Virus record (IMG/VR): IMGVR_UViG_3300022701_000122 | Location: 118,758-182,757 of that record | DNA: 64,000 bases | From: a virus | Reading direction: 5' to 3' (one strand) | Part shown: positions 16,319 to 25,654 of the stretch, piece by piece | How the letters are laid out: every line of letters begins with the position of its first letter | Position numbering within the stretch: the first letter of the stretch is position 1 | Program-made: the position numbers and the translations under genes | The notes under the pieces: generated by a model | Seen by the model: the letters and a program-made list of their open reading frames with translations, nothing else | Told to the model about the DNA's origin: nothing | Databases searched by the model: none

Positions 16319-16846
16319 ATGTATATATCAGAACAATACTTAAATGAATTTTTAAAAGGTAAATATTCATACATACACATTGATCTTATAAAAATATATA
16401 ATGAATATCTATCAAATATAAGAAATTGTGTTAGATATTATGATGAAAATAATCAAGGGGATAATGAATTACATTTTTTTATAATAGAGCACGGTCATAT
16501 AAGTATACCAGTAACTACTAAAATGGAATATGGTTCATTTGTTCAAAATTTACCAATTTTTTCTATTCGTAAAAGAGATACTTATAAAGATTCTGGTTTC
16601 CATAGTGTTTATTTTGAACATAATATACCGATTACTAAATTCGCATTATGTACTGCACTCAATGATCAGAAATTATTAATGAATTGTCTTAAATTTATTA
16701 ATAATACAAATATTGATGAATTATATAATGGTTACTTTTGGGATAGAGATTATTGTATTGGTAGTTATGATTATATTAAAAAAGATATTAAATATTCTTT
16801 AAATCAATATAAACAAATGATTATAGAATTTAAAAGGAAAATGTAA
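16319..16846 (+). CDS. Hypothetical protein with MYISEQYLNE tag
   Basis: ORF; tag. Confidence 0.75.
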   Translation: MYISEQYLNEFLKGKYSYIHIDLIKIYNEYLSNIRNCVRYYDENNQGDNELHFFIIEHGHISIPVTTKMEYGSFVQNLPIFSIRKRDTYKDSGFHSVYFEHNIPITKFALCTALNDQKLLMNCLKFINNTNIDELYNGYFWDRDYCIGSYDYIKKDIKYSLNQYKQMIIEFKRKM

Positions 16847-16848
16847 AT

Positions 16849-17571
16849 ATGTATATATCAAAACAATTCATAAATGAAAAATGTAGTAGTACAATAATGT
16901 TTTTATCGGAACAATACTTAACTGAAAAATTAGAAGACATCAGAGTTGATAAAAAATGGTATGATTTATTTAATACTAAATTGAAAAAAGCTTTATTAAA
17001 AGAAACTGAAATGGTATTTCTAAAACATTTTAGATTATCTCATCCAATTATTGATTCAAGAAAAACATCTATGATATTTGATCATCAAATACTTGGAGTT
17101 AGTATTAGTGTTACTATTGTATTATATGATAAATTTGGAAATCGTATAATGTATGAAAGTGAAGATTTTCCAGGTCAAGATCAATTTGCTGTGTATTTAA
17201 AAAGAAATAAAAAATCTGGAAGATGGAGTATAGAATATTATAACTTGAATGTTAAAGAGGAATATAGAAATAAAGGTATAGAACGACAATTGATGCAGTC
17301 AGTAAATAAATGTGTAAAAATATTGCAAAATGAACGAACTGTAACTCTTGAAACGATGGATGATGAACGATATTTTATCTCAAGAATGCCTGGAGTTCGA
17401 TTTGCAGATGGAGATCCTTATGGAATAATTGGTGTTCAAAAAGCTTATAAATATTGGTGCAGGAGGAATAAGATACCATATGAAATTCTTACTTTACCAT
17501 CAGAATACCCAAGAGATTTTTTAACTTCAAAACATGCACCACCTTTTATAGAATATGTTATCAATATTTAA
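16849..17571 (+). CDS. GNAT-like protein with two tandem N-terminal tags
   Basis: MYISKQFINE...MFLSEQYLTE; YNLNVKEEYRNKGIERQLM resembles GNAT motif A. Confidence 0.6.
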   Translation: MYISKQFINEKCSSTIMFLSEQYLTEKLEDIRVDKKWYDLFNTKLKKALLKETEMVFLKHFRLSHPIIDSRKTSMIFDHQILGVSISVTIVLYDKFGNRIMYESEDFPGQDQFAVYLKRNKKSGRWSIEYYNLNVKEEYRNKGIERQLMQSVNKCVKILQNERTVTLETMDDERYFISRMPGVRFADGDPYGIIGVQKAYKYWCRRNKIPYEILTLPSEYPRDFLTSKHAPPFIEYVINI

Positions 17572-17594
17572 TATATGATCAAGAGGGATAATAA

Positions 17595-20500
17595 ATGCAA
17601 TTTAACAAATTAAAATTATATAAACCGATTACTAATATAGTTGTACCTCAAACAGGTTATAACTCATTAAATATATGTTTAGCATATTTTCCAGAAAATA
17701 CGTCATTTCTTGAATCATTTAATTATATACATATAAAACCATCAAATAGTGTTAAACGTATATTAATCCCCAAAACAAAAAAACCACCAACACATCTTAC
17801 AAATAAATATAAAAGAGAATTGATGGATAGAAAATTGATTCCAGCAAGAGGATTCTTTGGTGATTATAGTAGAATGATCGGTAAGAATTTTTATTTAGAT
17901 TTTGGATTATTTATAAATAGAATCGCTAAAGTATATGATATAACGAATTATAATGTAGGAAGACCGTATAATATGATTCAGCAGTTAATGAATACTTTAG
18001 ATGAAACAGAATCTAATTTTTATACAACTGTATTATATTCAGTAAATATAGAGAAATCTTTGTCTTCAAAATTAATTAGAAGAAGAGTATTTCCTATATA
18101 TAAAATGATTGCTGATAAATTAACTGGTAAATTGGAATCTTTACCATTCAAACGAGTTATACTACATATATTCAATCATTCGAATTCAATGTTTAATATG
18201 GTTTATGATGAATATGAGAATAATAGTATATCCAGATTAAAATCAGTATTATCTAAAGTATATAGTGTCAATGAAGCTGATTCTGAATTTGTAGAAAAAG
18301 AAGAAATATCTAAAGATATATCTTCTGATCTTATAAAGAAATATTCATCACTGAAAAAGTATGGGAAACCAATTCAAGATTCTATATCAAATTTATTACA
18401 ATCTGACTCAACTCTACATAGTGTTACATCAGATAATATAAATAAAGATATGCTATCATTATCAGCACTTGCTTATAATATAACAGGCGATATAGATAAG
18501 TCAAAAAATATAGCTAAATCTATAATGAATATATCTGATAATGTTAAAAGAGATACTGCTATAAACAATTTAGTAACTAGTTTTTCAGAAATGATGATTA
18601 AACGTCCACCTATAACATCATATTCTGATAATCCAATAGTTACTGCTTCTAAGCCGATACAAATAACTGATGGAAAAGTACCATCTCATATATTAGAAAA
18701 AAGAAAAATGGATTTTGAAAATATATTAAGAGATGATTTGGAATCAGTATTTAAACCATTTAAGAATGAGTTTGTTCCAATAGAAGTTGTAGATCTTGAA
18801 GTAAAACACATTGAATCTCCACCAGGAGAATTGAAGAAGACATTACTTGATAGATATTTAATAAAATTAAAAGATGGTGATGGTAAAATACACAATGTAA
18901 CAATAGAAATACCAACACTTACCAAAAATGGAACGTTTACTATTAATGGTCAAGATAAAGTATTAGTTAATCAATTAGTACCATTTCCCATTTTTTTCTT
19001 GAAGCCATATTCTGGTCGATTTGAATCAATATATTCAACTATTACTATATATAGTCGCCATCTTAAAAATACATCATATTTACATTCGTTTATATCAAAT
19101 TATTATGTTCCATTAATGATGGTTTTTGGATATAAAGTTGGTTTTAAAGATACAATGGATTTATTCAAAGTTAGATATAAAATAGTTAAAGAAAAACCAA
19201 CTTTTAATCCAGATATAGAACAAGTTGTAAGATTATTAGATGGAAGATATATAATATTTACACATGGTCAAGATAATCAAGTTGGTTATGAGATGGTAGA
19301 ATCTTTTAAACGATGCATGAAAGATTTTCCAAAAAGAAATGTTGATGTAGAAGATACAAAATTTTGGATGAGAGTATTGATAAATAATATCGGAACAAGA
19401 AATTGTATTTATATGATAGATCTTGTTTGGAAATATATTGTTACTCCATCTGAAGAAAAGATATTGAAATCGAGAGGTTATCCAACTGATATTGTAAATA
19501 TATTGAAATATATATGCGATGAAGTTGTAAAAGGAAGAGTAGATGATCGAAATTCAGTAGATCGACAAAGAGTTAGAACAAGTGAAGTATTTACACATTC
19601 TATTCAAAAACAAGTAATTGCTGCATATAACGAATTTTTAAGTAAAAAATTAGGGGGTGATGAAACAGCAGAAATAAGAATAGATCCAAAGAAAGCATTC
19701 AATGAAATTGCTCATTCTCAAAATGTGCAAGCATTAGAGATGATTAATCCAATGGAAGAATTATCAATGATGACGAGAATAACTCCAATTGGTATTGGTG
19801 GTATTCCAGATAAGAATGCTTTTCCACAAGTAGCGATGAATGTTCATGATACATATTATGGTAATATAGATCCATTTGAAACTCCAGATGGACCTGGCAT
19901 TGGAATTCAACAACATTTAACAGTTGGTGCAGCGCTGACAAATGCGAGAGGTCAATTTAATGTAAAAGATCGTGGAATGATAACTCCAACTGAAATACTT
20001 AGTGTCGGACCATGCATGGTTCCATTTGTTGAATCAAATGATGGTCCAAGAATCACGATGGGTACGGGTCAATCAAAGCAAGCATTACCACTTGTCAATC
20101 CAGAAAATCCAGCTATTCAAACTGGTTATGAGTCATTATTTACTCCATTATTATCCGATTCATTTATAAAAAAATCACCAGTGGATGGTAAAATTGTAGA
20201 AATAACTGATGCATTTATAACGATTGAAGATAAATTAACTGGTGAAAATATAACAGTTAGTATTGCTCCGAAAAAGATAAAAAGTGGACAGGGTAAATAT
20301 GGATTAAGTAAATTTAAACCCGTAGTGAAGAAGGGACAAATTGTAAAGAAGAATGCACTAATGGCAGAAGGTGCAAATATAAAGAATGGTTTAATAAGTA
20401 ATGGGATAAATCTTTTAACTGCTGTTATGCCTTGGAAAGGCTACAATTTCGAAGATGGTATAGTTTTATCTAAATCAGCATCGAATAAATTCTTATCTGC

Positions 20501-21704
20501 CCATATAGAAGAGAAACAGTTATATTTAGATGTAGATGATGAATTGATATTTATATCGCAAATAGGCGATACAATAAAAAAGGGTGGAATAATTGCCACT
20601 CGTTCTAAAGCTCTGTACGATGTAGAATCATACAATCATACGCATTGTGATGGTGGAACATTGACTTATATAGAGGTGTATTCTAACGTAGAAGAAGAAG
20701 AGATACCAGAAAAGTTAGTACCAATATATAAAGATTTTAAACACCAATATGAGTTAATAAATGGAACTTACCCGACTGGTAAGTTTAGAGAAAAACAGAG
20801 CAAGATAGAAGGTATATTAATAAAATTCACACTTGAGCAACAATTAGTACTTAATAAAGGTGATAAATTAAATAATAGACATGGGAATAAAGGAGTAGTC
20901 GGTATAATAGAAGATGATGAAAATATGCCTCGTACACCGTGGGGCGAACATTGTGAAATCGTAATTAATCCAATTGGTATAGTCAATAGAATGAATAACG
21001 GTCAGTTGTTCGAAATACATTGTGGTTTGATTTCTCGTGAATTATCAAAACAAATGGGTAAACTTGAGCGTCAAGCATTTATAAAATTATACGAAAGAGT
21101 TCTCTCTTTCTTAGATGGAACAAAGAATCAACAATATAGTAAAAACGTAATCCAATATCTTACCAAAATATCAGATAAAAAATACAACGAAGTTAAAACA
21201 AAACTCGTTAATGATAGATTTATCCCATTACTTTTTACACCATTCAAGTCACCTACCCGAATGAATATTCTTGATGCATTAAAAGTTGTTGGATTAAAGC
21301 CAAAATATCCAGTTACATTTACTTGGAATGATAAAAAGATAAAAACTGATCCAGTAAATATTGGATATATGTTAGTTCAAAAATTAGAACATTTGGCTGA
21401 TAAAAAGATGGCTACGAGAGGAGTTGGTGCATATGTTGGTAAAACTTTGGCTCCTACTCAAGGTAAGAGGAGGGGTGGGGGTCAGTTTTGTGGAGAATAT
21501 GATATGTATGGGTTGCTCTCATGGGATTGCCCATTGGTCATAGAAGAATTTTTTGGACCATTATCTTCAGATCATCCCACTAAAAATGAGATGATTGGAG
21601 AGTTAATACAAACCGGTGAATGTGAAACTAAAAGAGCGAAAACGAATCCAGTTAAAGATCTTCTTTCACAAATGTTTACAGCTATACATTTAGAATCACA
21701 ATAA
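17595..21704 (+). CDS. rpoB: Multisubunit RNA polymerase beta subunit with N-terminal extension
   Basis: NGTFTINGQDKVLVNQL, HDTYYGNIDPFETPDG, MGTGQSKQALPL, GYNFEDG, GDKLNNRHGNKGVV, KLEHLADKK, GGQFCGEYD. Confidence 0.95.
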   Translation: MQFNKLKLYKPITNIVVPQTGYNSLNICLAYFPENTSFLESFNYIHIKPSNSVKRILIPKTKKPPTHLTNKYKRELMDRKLIPARGFFGDYSRMIGKNFYLDFGLFINRIAKVYDITNYNVGRPYNMIQQLMNTLDETESNFYTTVLYSVNIEKSLSSKLIRRRVFPIYKMIADKLTGKLESLPFKRVILHIFNHSNSMFNMVYDEYENNSISRLKSVLSKVYSVNEADSEFVEKEEISKDISSDLIKKYSSLKKYGKPIQDSISNLLQSDSTLHSVTSDNINKDMLSLSALAYNITGDIDKSKNIAKSIMNISDNVKRDTAINNLVTSFSEMMIKRPPITSYSDNPIVTASKPIQITDGKVPSHILEKRKMDFENILRDDLESVFKPFKNEFVPIEVVDLEVKHIESPPGELKKTLLDRYLIKLKDGDGKIHNVTIEIPTLTKNGTFTINGQDKVLVNQLVPFPIFFLKPYSGRFESIYSTITIYSRHLKNTSYLHSFISNYYVPLMMVFGYKVGFKDTMDLFKVRYKIVKEKPTFNPDIEQVVRLLDGRYIIFTHGQDNQVGYEMVESFKRCMKDFPKRNVDVEDTKFWMRVLINNIGTRNCIYMIDLVWKYIVTPSEEKILKSRGYPTDIVNILKYICDEVVKGRVDDRNSVDRQRVRTSEVFTHSIQKQVIAAYNEFLSKKLGGDETAEIRIDPKKAFNEIAHSQNVQALEMINPMEELSMMTRITPIGIGGIPDKNAFPQVAMNVHDTYYGNIDPFETPDGPGIGIQQHLTVGAALTNARGQFNVKDRGMITPTEILSVGPCMVPFVESNDGPRITMGTGQSKQALPLVNPENPAIQTGYESLFTPLLSDSFIKKSPVDGKIVEITDAFITIEDKLTGENITVSIAPKKIKSGQGKYGLSKFKPVVKKGQIVKKNALMAEGANIKNGLISNGINLLTAVMPWKGYNFEDGIVLSKSASNKFLSAHIEEKQLYLDVDDELIFISQIGDTIKKGGIIATRSKALYDVESYNHTHCDGGTLTYIEVYSNVEEEEIPEKLVPIYKDFKHQYELINGTYPTGKFREKQSKIEGILIKFTLEQQLVLNKGDKLNNRHGNKGVVGIIEDDENMPRTPWGEHCEIVINPIGIVNRMNNGQLFEIHCGLISRELSKQMGKLERQAFIKLYERVLSFLDGTKNQQYSKNVIQYLTKISDKKYNEVKTKLVNDRFIPLLFTPFKSPTRMNILDALKVVGLKPKYPVTFTWNDKKIKTDPVNIGYMLVQKLEHLADKKMATRGVGAYVGKTLAPTQGKRRGGGQFCGEYDMYGLLSWDCPLVIEEFFGPLSSDHPTKNEMIGELIQTGECETKRAKTNPVKDLLSQMFTAIHLESQ

Positions 21705-21711
21705 ATAATTA

Positions 21712-21723
21712 TATATATTAAAT
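21712..21723 (+). promoter_or_regulatory. TATATATTAAAT candidate promoter
   Basis: Exact copy immediately after the rpoB stop. Confidence 0.55.
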
Positions 21724-21749
21724 ATTAATATATAATCATTTGGTTTTTT

Positions 21750-21790
21750 AGGGGAATTAGTTTTTATACTGATTCCCCTTCTTTCTTTGT
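21750..21790 (+). terminator. Terminator/attenuator hairpin
   Basis: AGGGGAATTAG / CTGATTCCCCT plus a T-rich tail. Confidence 0.65.
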
Positions 21791-21816
21791 AAAATCAATT
21801 TTATTTGGAGATCGTT

Positions 21817-23979
21817 ATGAAAGAAATTAGTTTAACATGTCAAGTATGTGGAAAAGTAACTAAAACTGAAAGTGGTCTTGGATTACATATTTCAAGATCT
21901 AAAAAAGATCATCCTACCATTAAAGAATATTTTGATCTTTATATCAAAGAAGAACAAGATGGAATTTGTTCTTTAGATGGCTGTGAAAATAAAACCAAGT
22001 TTAGAAATTTGGTAAAAGGGTATGGTCCTTATTGTTCTCCAAAATGCATGAATAATTCACCGGAGAGAAAGAAAGCTATAAAGGAAGGAGTAAGGAAAAA
22101 GTATGGTGTTGATAATGTATTTCAATCAAAGAAGATTAAAGAAAAAACTAAACAAATGTATTTAGAAAAATATGGTGTAGAACATAATTCTCAACTTAAA
22201 GAAGTAGTTCAAAAAAGAAGAAATACAATGTTAAGAAGATATGGTGAAACTCATTATTTAAAAACAGAAGAGGGAATGGATCGAGTTAGAAAAACCAATT
22301 TAGAAAAATATGGTACTGAATATGTGTTACAAAATGAAGATATTAAAGCTAAAGCAGATGCTACTGTTAAAGAGAAATACGGTGTTGATAATGTATTTCA
22401 AAATGAAGATATAAAAGAAAAATCAAGAGAAACGATACAAGAGAAATATGGTGTTGATAATGTATCTCAAAATGAAAATATAAAAAATAAGAAAAGAGAA
22501 ACAAATCTTAGAAGACATGGTGTTCAACAACCTTTTCAATCTGAAAAAATATGGAACAAAGTTAAACAAACTTGGTTAAGTAAACATGGATTTGATAATA
22601 TATCTAAACTTGGTGAGACAAAAGATAAAAAGAAAAAAACATCTTTAAAAAATCATGGTGTAGAACACCCTCTTCAATCAGAACAAGTTAAATCAAAAAT
22701 GAAACAAACTAATTTAGAAAGATATGGTGCTGTTGCACCTACTCAAAATGAAGGTGTAATGGCTAAAATGAGAGAAAATAATTTGGATAAATATGGAGTA
22801 GAGTATGTATCACAAGTAGAAGAATTTAAACAAAAAAAGATAGAAACCAATCTTGAAAGATATGGTTGTAAAGTACCAACTCAGAATAAAGAAATTATGA
22901 GTAAAGTAATAAGAACACAACATAAGAAATTTTTTAATGAATTATTAAATGGTAATAGATTAAATGATTTATGTATTCCTGATTTTGGATTGGATGATTA
23001 TAAAGGAATAAAATGTAAATACAATTGGATATGTAAAAAATGTAGTAATAAATTTAAAGATCATTTATATAATAATCTTATTCCAAGATGCCCTATCTGT
23101 TTCCCTATATATTCTTCTATGTCAGAAATAGAAGTTCTTGAATTTGTTAAATCTATTTATGATGGAGAAATAATTCCTGGTGATAGATCCATATTAAAAA
23201 ACAGAGAACTTGATATATATCTTCCAGAATTAAAATTGGCTATAGAGTTTAATGGTTTATATTGGCATAGTGAAGGAAGAGGAAAAGACAAAAATTACCA
23301 CATCGATAAAACAAAAAGATGTGCAGAGAAGGGTATTCAGCTAATACATATATTTGAAGATGAATGGAATTATAAACAAGATATCGTTAAATCAATATTA
23401 ATAGCGAAAATGGGATTATGTAAAAATAGAATATACGCAAGAAAATGTGAAGTTCATATTGTAACAAATAACAATGATATATGGGAATTTTATAATGATA
23501 ATCATATTCAGGGTCCAATTCATGGGAATACAACTTTTTCTTTAAAATATGAAAATGAATATGTTGCAATGATGACAATTGGAAAGAGTAGATTTCATAA
23601 AGAAGAAATTTATGAAATTCTAAGATTTTGTGTCAAAAAAGATACTATAGTTGTTGGTGGGTTATCAAAATTAATGAAACAAGTAAGACTTCATCAATTT
23701 GGAAAAGTTATCAGTTATGTTGATTTGAGATATGGAAATGGGAATGGTTACGAATTAGCAGGAATGAAATTTGTTAAATATACTCAGCCAAATTATTTCT
23801 ATGTTCGTAATGGTGATTTCATTAGAGAATCAAGAATTAAATATCAGAAACATAAATTAGAGAAACAATTAGAAATATTCGATCCAGAATTAACTGAATG
23901 GGAAAATATGCAATTAAATGATTTTGATAGAGTATATGATTGTGGGAATAAATTATATGAATTAGTAATAGAGAAATAA
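21817..23979 (+). CDS. Putative homing-type endonuclease: Zn fingers + 12 x 23-aa repeats + PD-(D/E)XK domain
   Basis: Paralog of 6940..9231; ELDIYLPELKLAIEFNGLYWHSE (the track starts at 21805). Confidence 0.8.
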   Translation: MKEISLTCQVCGKVTKTESGLGLHISRSKKDHPTIKEYFDLYIKEEQDGICSLDGCENKTKFRNLVKGYGPYCSPKCMNNSPERKKAIKEGVRKKYGVDNVFQSKKIKEKTKQMYLEKYGVEHNSQLKEVVQKRRNTMLRRYGETHYLKTEEGMDRVRKTNLEKYGTEYVLQNEDIKAKADATVKEKYGVDNVFQNEDIKEKSRETIQEKYGVDNVSQNENIKNKKRETNLRRHGVQQPFQSEKIWNKVKQTWLSKHGFDNISKLGETKDKKKKTSLKNHGVEHPLQSEQVKSKMKQTNLERYGAVAPTQNEGVMAKMRENNLDKYGVEYVSQVEEFKQKKIETNLERYGCKVPTQNKEIMSKVIRTQHKKFFNELLNGNRLNDLCIPDFGLDDYKGIKCKYNWICKKCSNKFKDHLYNNLIPRCPICFPIYSSMSEIEVLEFVKSIYDGEIIPGDRSILKNRELDIYLPELKLAIEFNGLYWHSEGRGKDKNYHIDKTKRCAEKGIQLIHIFEDEWNYKQDIVKSILIAKMGLCKNRIYARKCEVHIVTNNNDIWEFYNDNHIQGPIHGNTTFSLKYENEYVAMMTIGKSRFHKEEIYEILRFCVKKDTIVVGGLSKLMKQVRLHQFGKVISYVDLRYGNGNGYELAGMKFVKYTQPNYFYVRNGDFIRESRIKYQKHKLEKQLEIFDPELTEWENMQLNDFDRVYDCGNKLYELVIEK
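22084..22915 (+). repeat. Coding tandem repeat, 69-bp period (12 units)
   Basis: (K/R)(Y/H)G motif every 23 aa. Confidence 0.8.
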
Positions 23980-23983
23980 TTAT

Positions 23984-24187
23984 ATGAATACAATTACAAT
24001 AAATCAATTTATTATATTATATAAATATAATCCTGTAACATTAGATAATTTAACCATTAATTATAATGTAACAAGAAGAGAATATTGGATTAATTTAAGC
24101 AATTCGTTTAACTGGTATATGTTAAAAGATCCAATTAATATTTTTAATATAATCAATAATATAGGAATTAACGGAATAATAGTATGA
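23984..24187 (+). CDS. Small protein, shared C-terminal motif family
   Basis: Ends DPINIFNIINNIGINGIIV. Confidence 0.7.
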   Translation: MNTITINQFIILYKYNPVTLDNLTINYNVTRREYWINLSNSFNWYMLKDPINIFNIINNIGINGIIV

Positions 24188-24564
24188 GTTTTTCAGATTT
24201 TATTGAATGGTGTTTTATTAATAACAATATTAGAATAAAATATAATAAATCAGTTAAAAAATATGTTGTAAGTTTAGACTGTCTTGATGAATGGTATGGT
24301 TTAGATGATTATGACTGTATACTATTTGAGGATGTAATTGATAATATAGGAATTAAAGGAATAATAATTATGAATGTGATGGATGAAAATTATTTGCTTG
24401 AAGGTCTTGTATGTGATTTTAACAGCATCATAATAAATTATAATTATTCGATTAACCAATATTTAATAACTTTTAATAATTTTGCTAAATTATATATTCT
24501 TGACGATTATTTACGTATAGATAATGTAATAACTGAACTTGGAAATTATGGGATTATATTATGA
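24184..24564 (+). CDS. Two fused units of the C-terminal motif family
   Basis: Internal FEDVIDNIGIKGIIIM and terminal IDNVITELGNYGIIL. Confidence 0.7.
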   Translation: MSFSDFIEWCFINNNIRIKYNKSVKKYVVSLDCLDEWYGLDDYDCILFEDVIDNIGIKGIIIMNVMDENYLLEGLVCDFNSIIINYNYSINQYLITFNNFAKLYILDDYLRIDNVITELGNYGIIL

Positions 24565-24803
24565 GCGTTGTTAGAATTAATTGTGATATAAGAAGATTTA
24601 TAATGTATTTAAATCGTATAGCTCCAAAATATAAAGATGATGTATTAGAGTTTTTAAAATCACCATTTTATATAGAATACGATAAATATATTAATAAATT
24701 TAAAGCGAAAGTTCTATATATTCCTATATATTATAGAATAAATGATAATGTTAATGTATATGATGCTATAACTAAACTTAATTATAAGGGGTTTATATGG
24801 TAG
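24561..24803 (+). CDS. Small protein, C-terminal motif family
   Basis: Ends YDAITKLNYKGFIW. Confidence 0.7.
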   Translation: MSVVRINCDIRRFIMYLNRIAPKYKDDVLEFLKSPFYIEYDKYINKFKAKVLYIPIYYRINDNVNVYDAITKLNYKGFIW

Positions 24804-25051
24804 GAACACTTATTAATTATAATATGAATAGCGTTTTACATGCTATAAGACGTGATAACGTTAATAATAAAAAATTCAGAATAGATGATTGTAAGGTTAT
24901 TATATTTAAAAATAGTGATTATTTATTAGTTTCAAGTTGCAGATTAAAATATAATAACTATGGTGACGATTGGTGGTATTCTATAGATGATCCGATTTGT
25001 TTTGATAGTGTAATTAAAAATATAGGAAATAATGGAGTAATATATGAATGA
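24797..25051 (+). CDS. Small protein, C-terminal motif family
   Basis: Ends DDPICFDSVIKNIGNNGVIYE. Confidence 0.7.
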   Translation: MVGTLINYNMNSVLHAIRRDNVNNKKFRIDDCKVIIFKNSDYLLVSSCRLKYNNYGDDWWYSIDDPICFDSVIKNIGNNGVIYE

Positions 25052-25274
25052 TAAATATAGTTTACATGATGCTATGGTAGAATGTATGAACCAACCAAAA
25101 GGTTTAATCGATGACAATATTGATCATGGAATAGGAGTTATATATGGAAAATCAACTTGTTTATATTATATATATGCAAAAAATAATAATCATTTTGTAA
25201 TAAAGAGTATTGATGATTATGTAAAATTTGAAGATGTTGTACATAAACTTTCTAAAACTGGAGTTATTATATGA
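25044..25274 (+). CDS. Small protein, C-terminal motif family
   Basis: Ends DDYVKFEDVVHKLSKTGVII. Confidence 0.7.
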   Translation: MNDKYSLHDAMVECMNQPKGLIDDNIDHGIGVIYGKSTCLYYIYAKNNNHFVIKSIDDYVKFEDVVHKLSKTGVII

Positions 25275-25654
25275 TTAATAGAATTATATTTATAAATAAT
25301 GTTAAAGTTAATGGATTTAGTCGTTATGAATTTATATTAACAATATTTATAAATGATCGTGATGTAGATATAAAAAATATCTATCATTTATTTAAGTTAT
25401 ATGAGTTGAAACTTAAAGTTGATAAAGTTCTACATCAAATACCTATTGGAAGACGAACTTCCATATTAAATATTAATAAATATAATTGTTCTATAAATAA
25501 TGAACATATACATGATTTACGAGATGTAAGACAATTGATAAATAATCATTTTAGATGTTCAGATCCAGAAATTAGAAAAATAATATTTAAACAGAGTATA
25601 ATTAATTTTGAATATATTTTATTAAATATTAGTAATATAGGAGCTATATTATGA
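25271..25654 (+). CDS. Protein, C-terminal motif family
   Basis: Ends INFEYILLNISNIGAIL. Confidence 0.7.
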   Translation: MINRIIFINNVKVNGFSRYEFILTIFINDRDVDIKNIYHLFKLYELKLKVDKVLHQIPIGRRTSILNINKYNCSINNEHIHDLRDVRQLINNHFRCSDPEIRKIIFKQSIINFEYILLNISNIGAIL

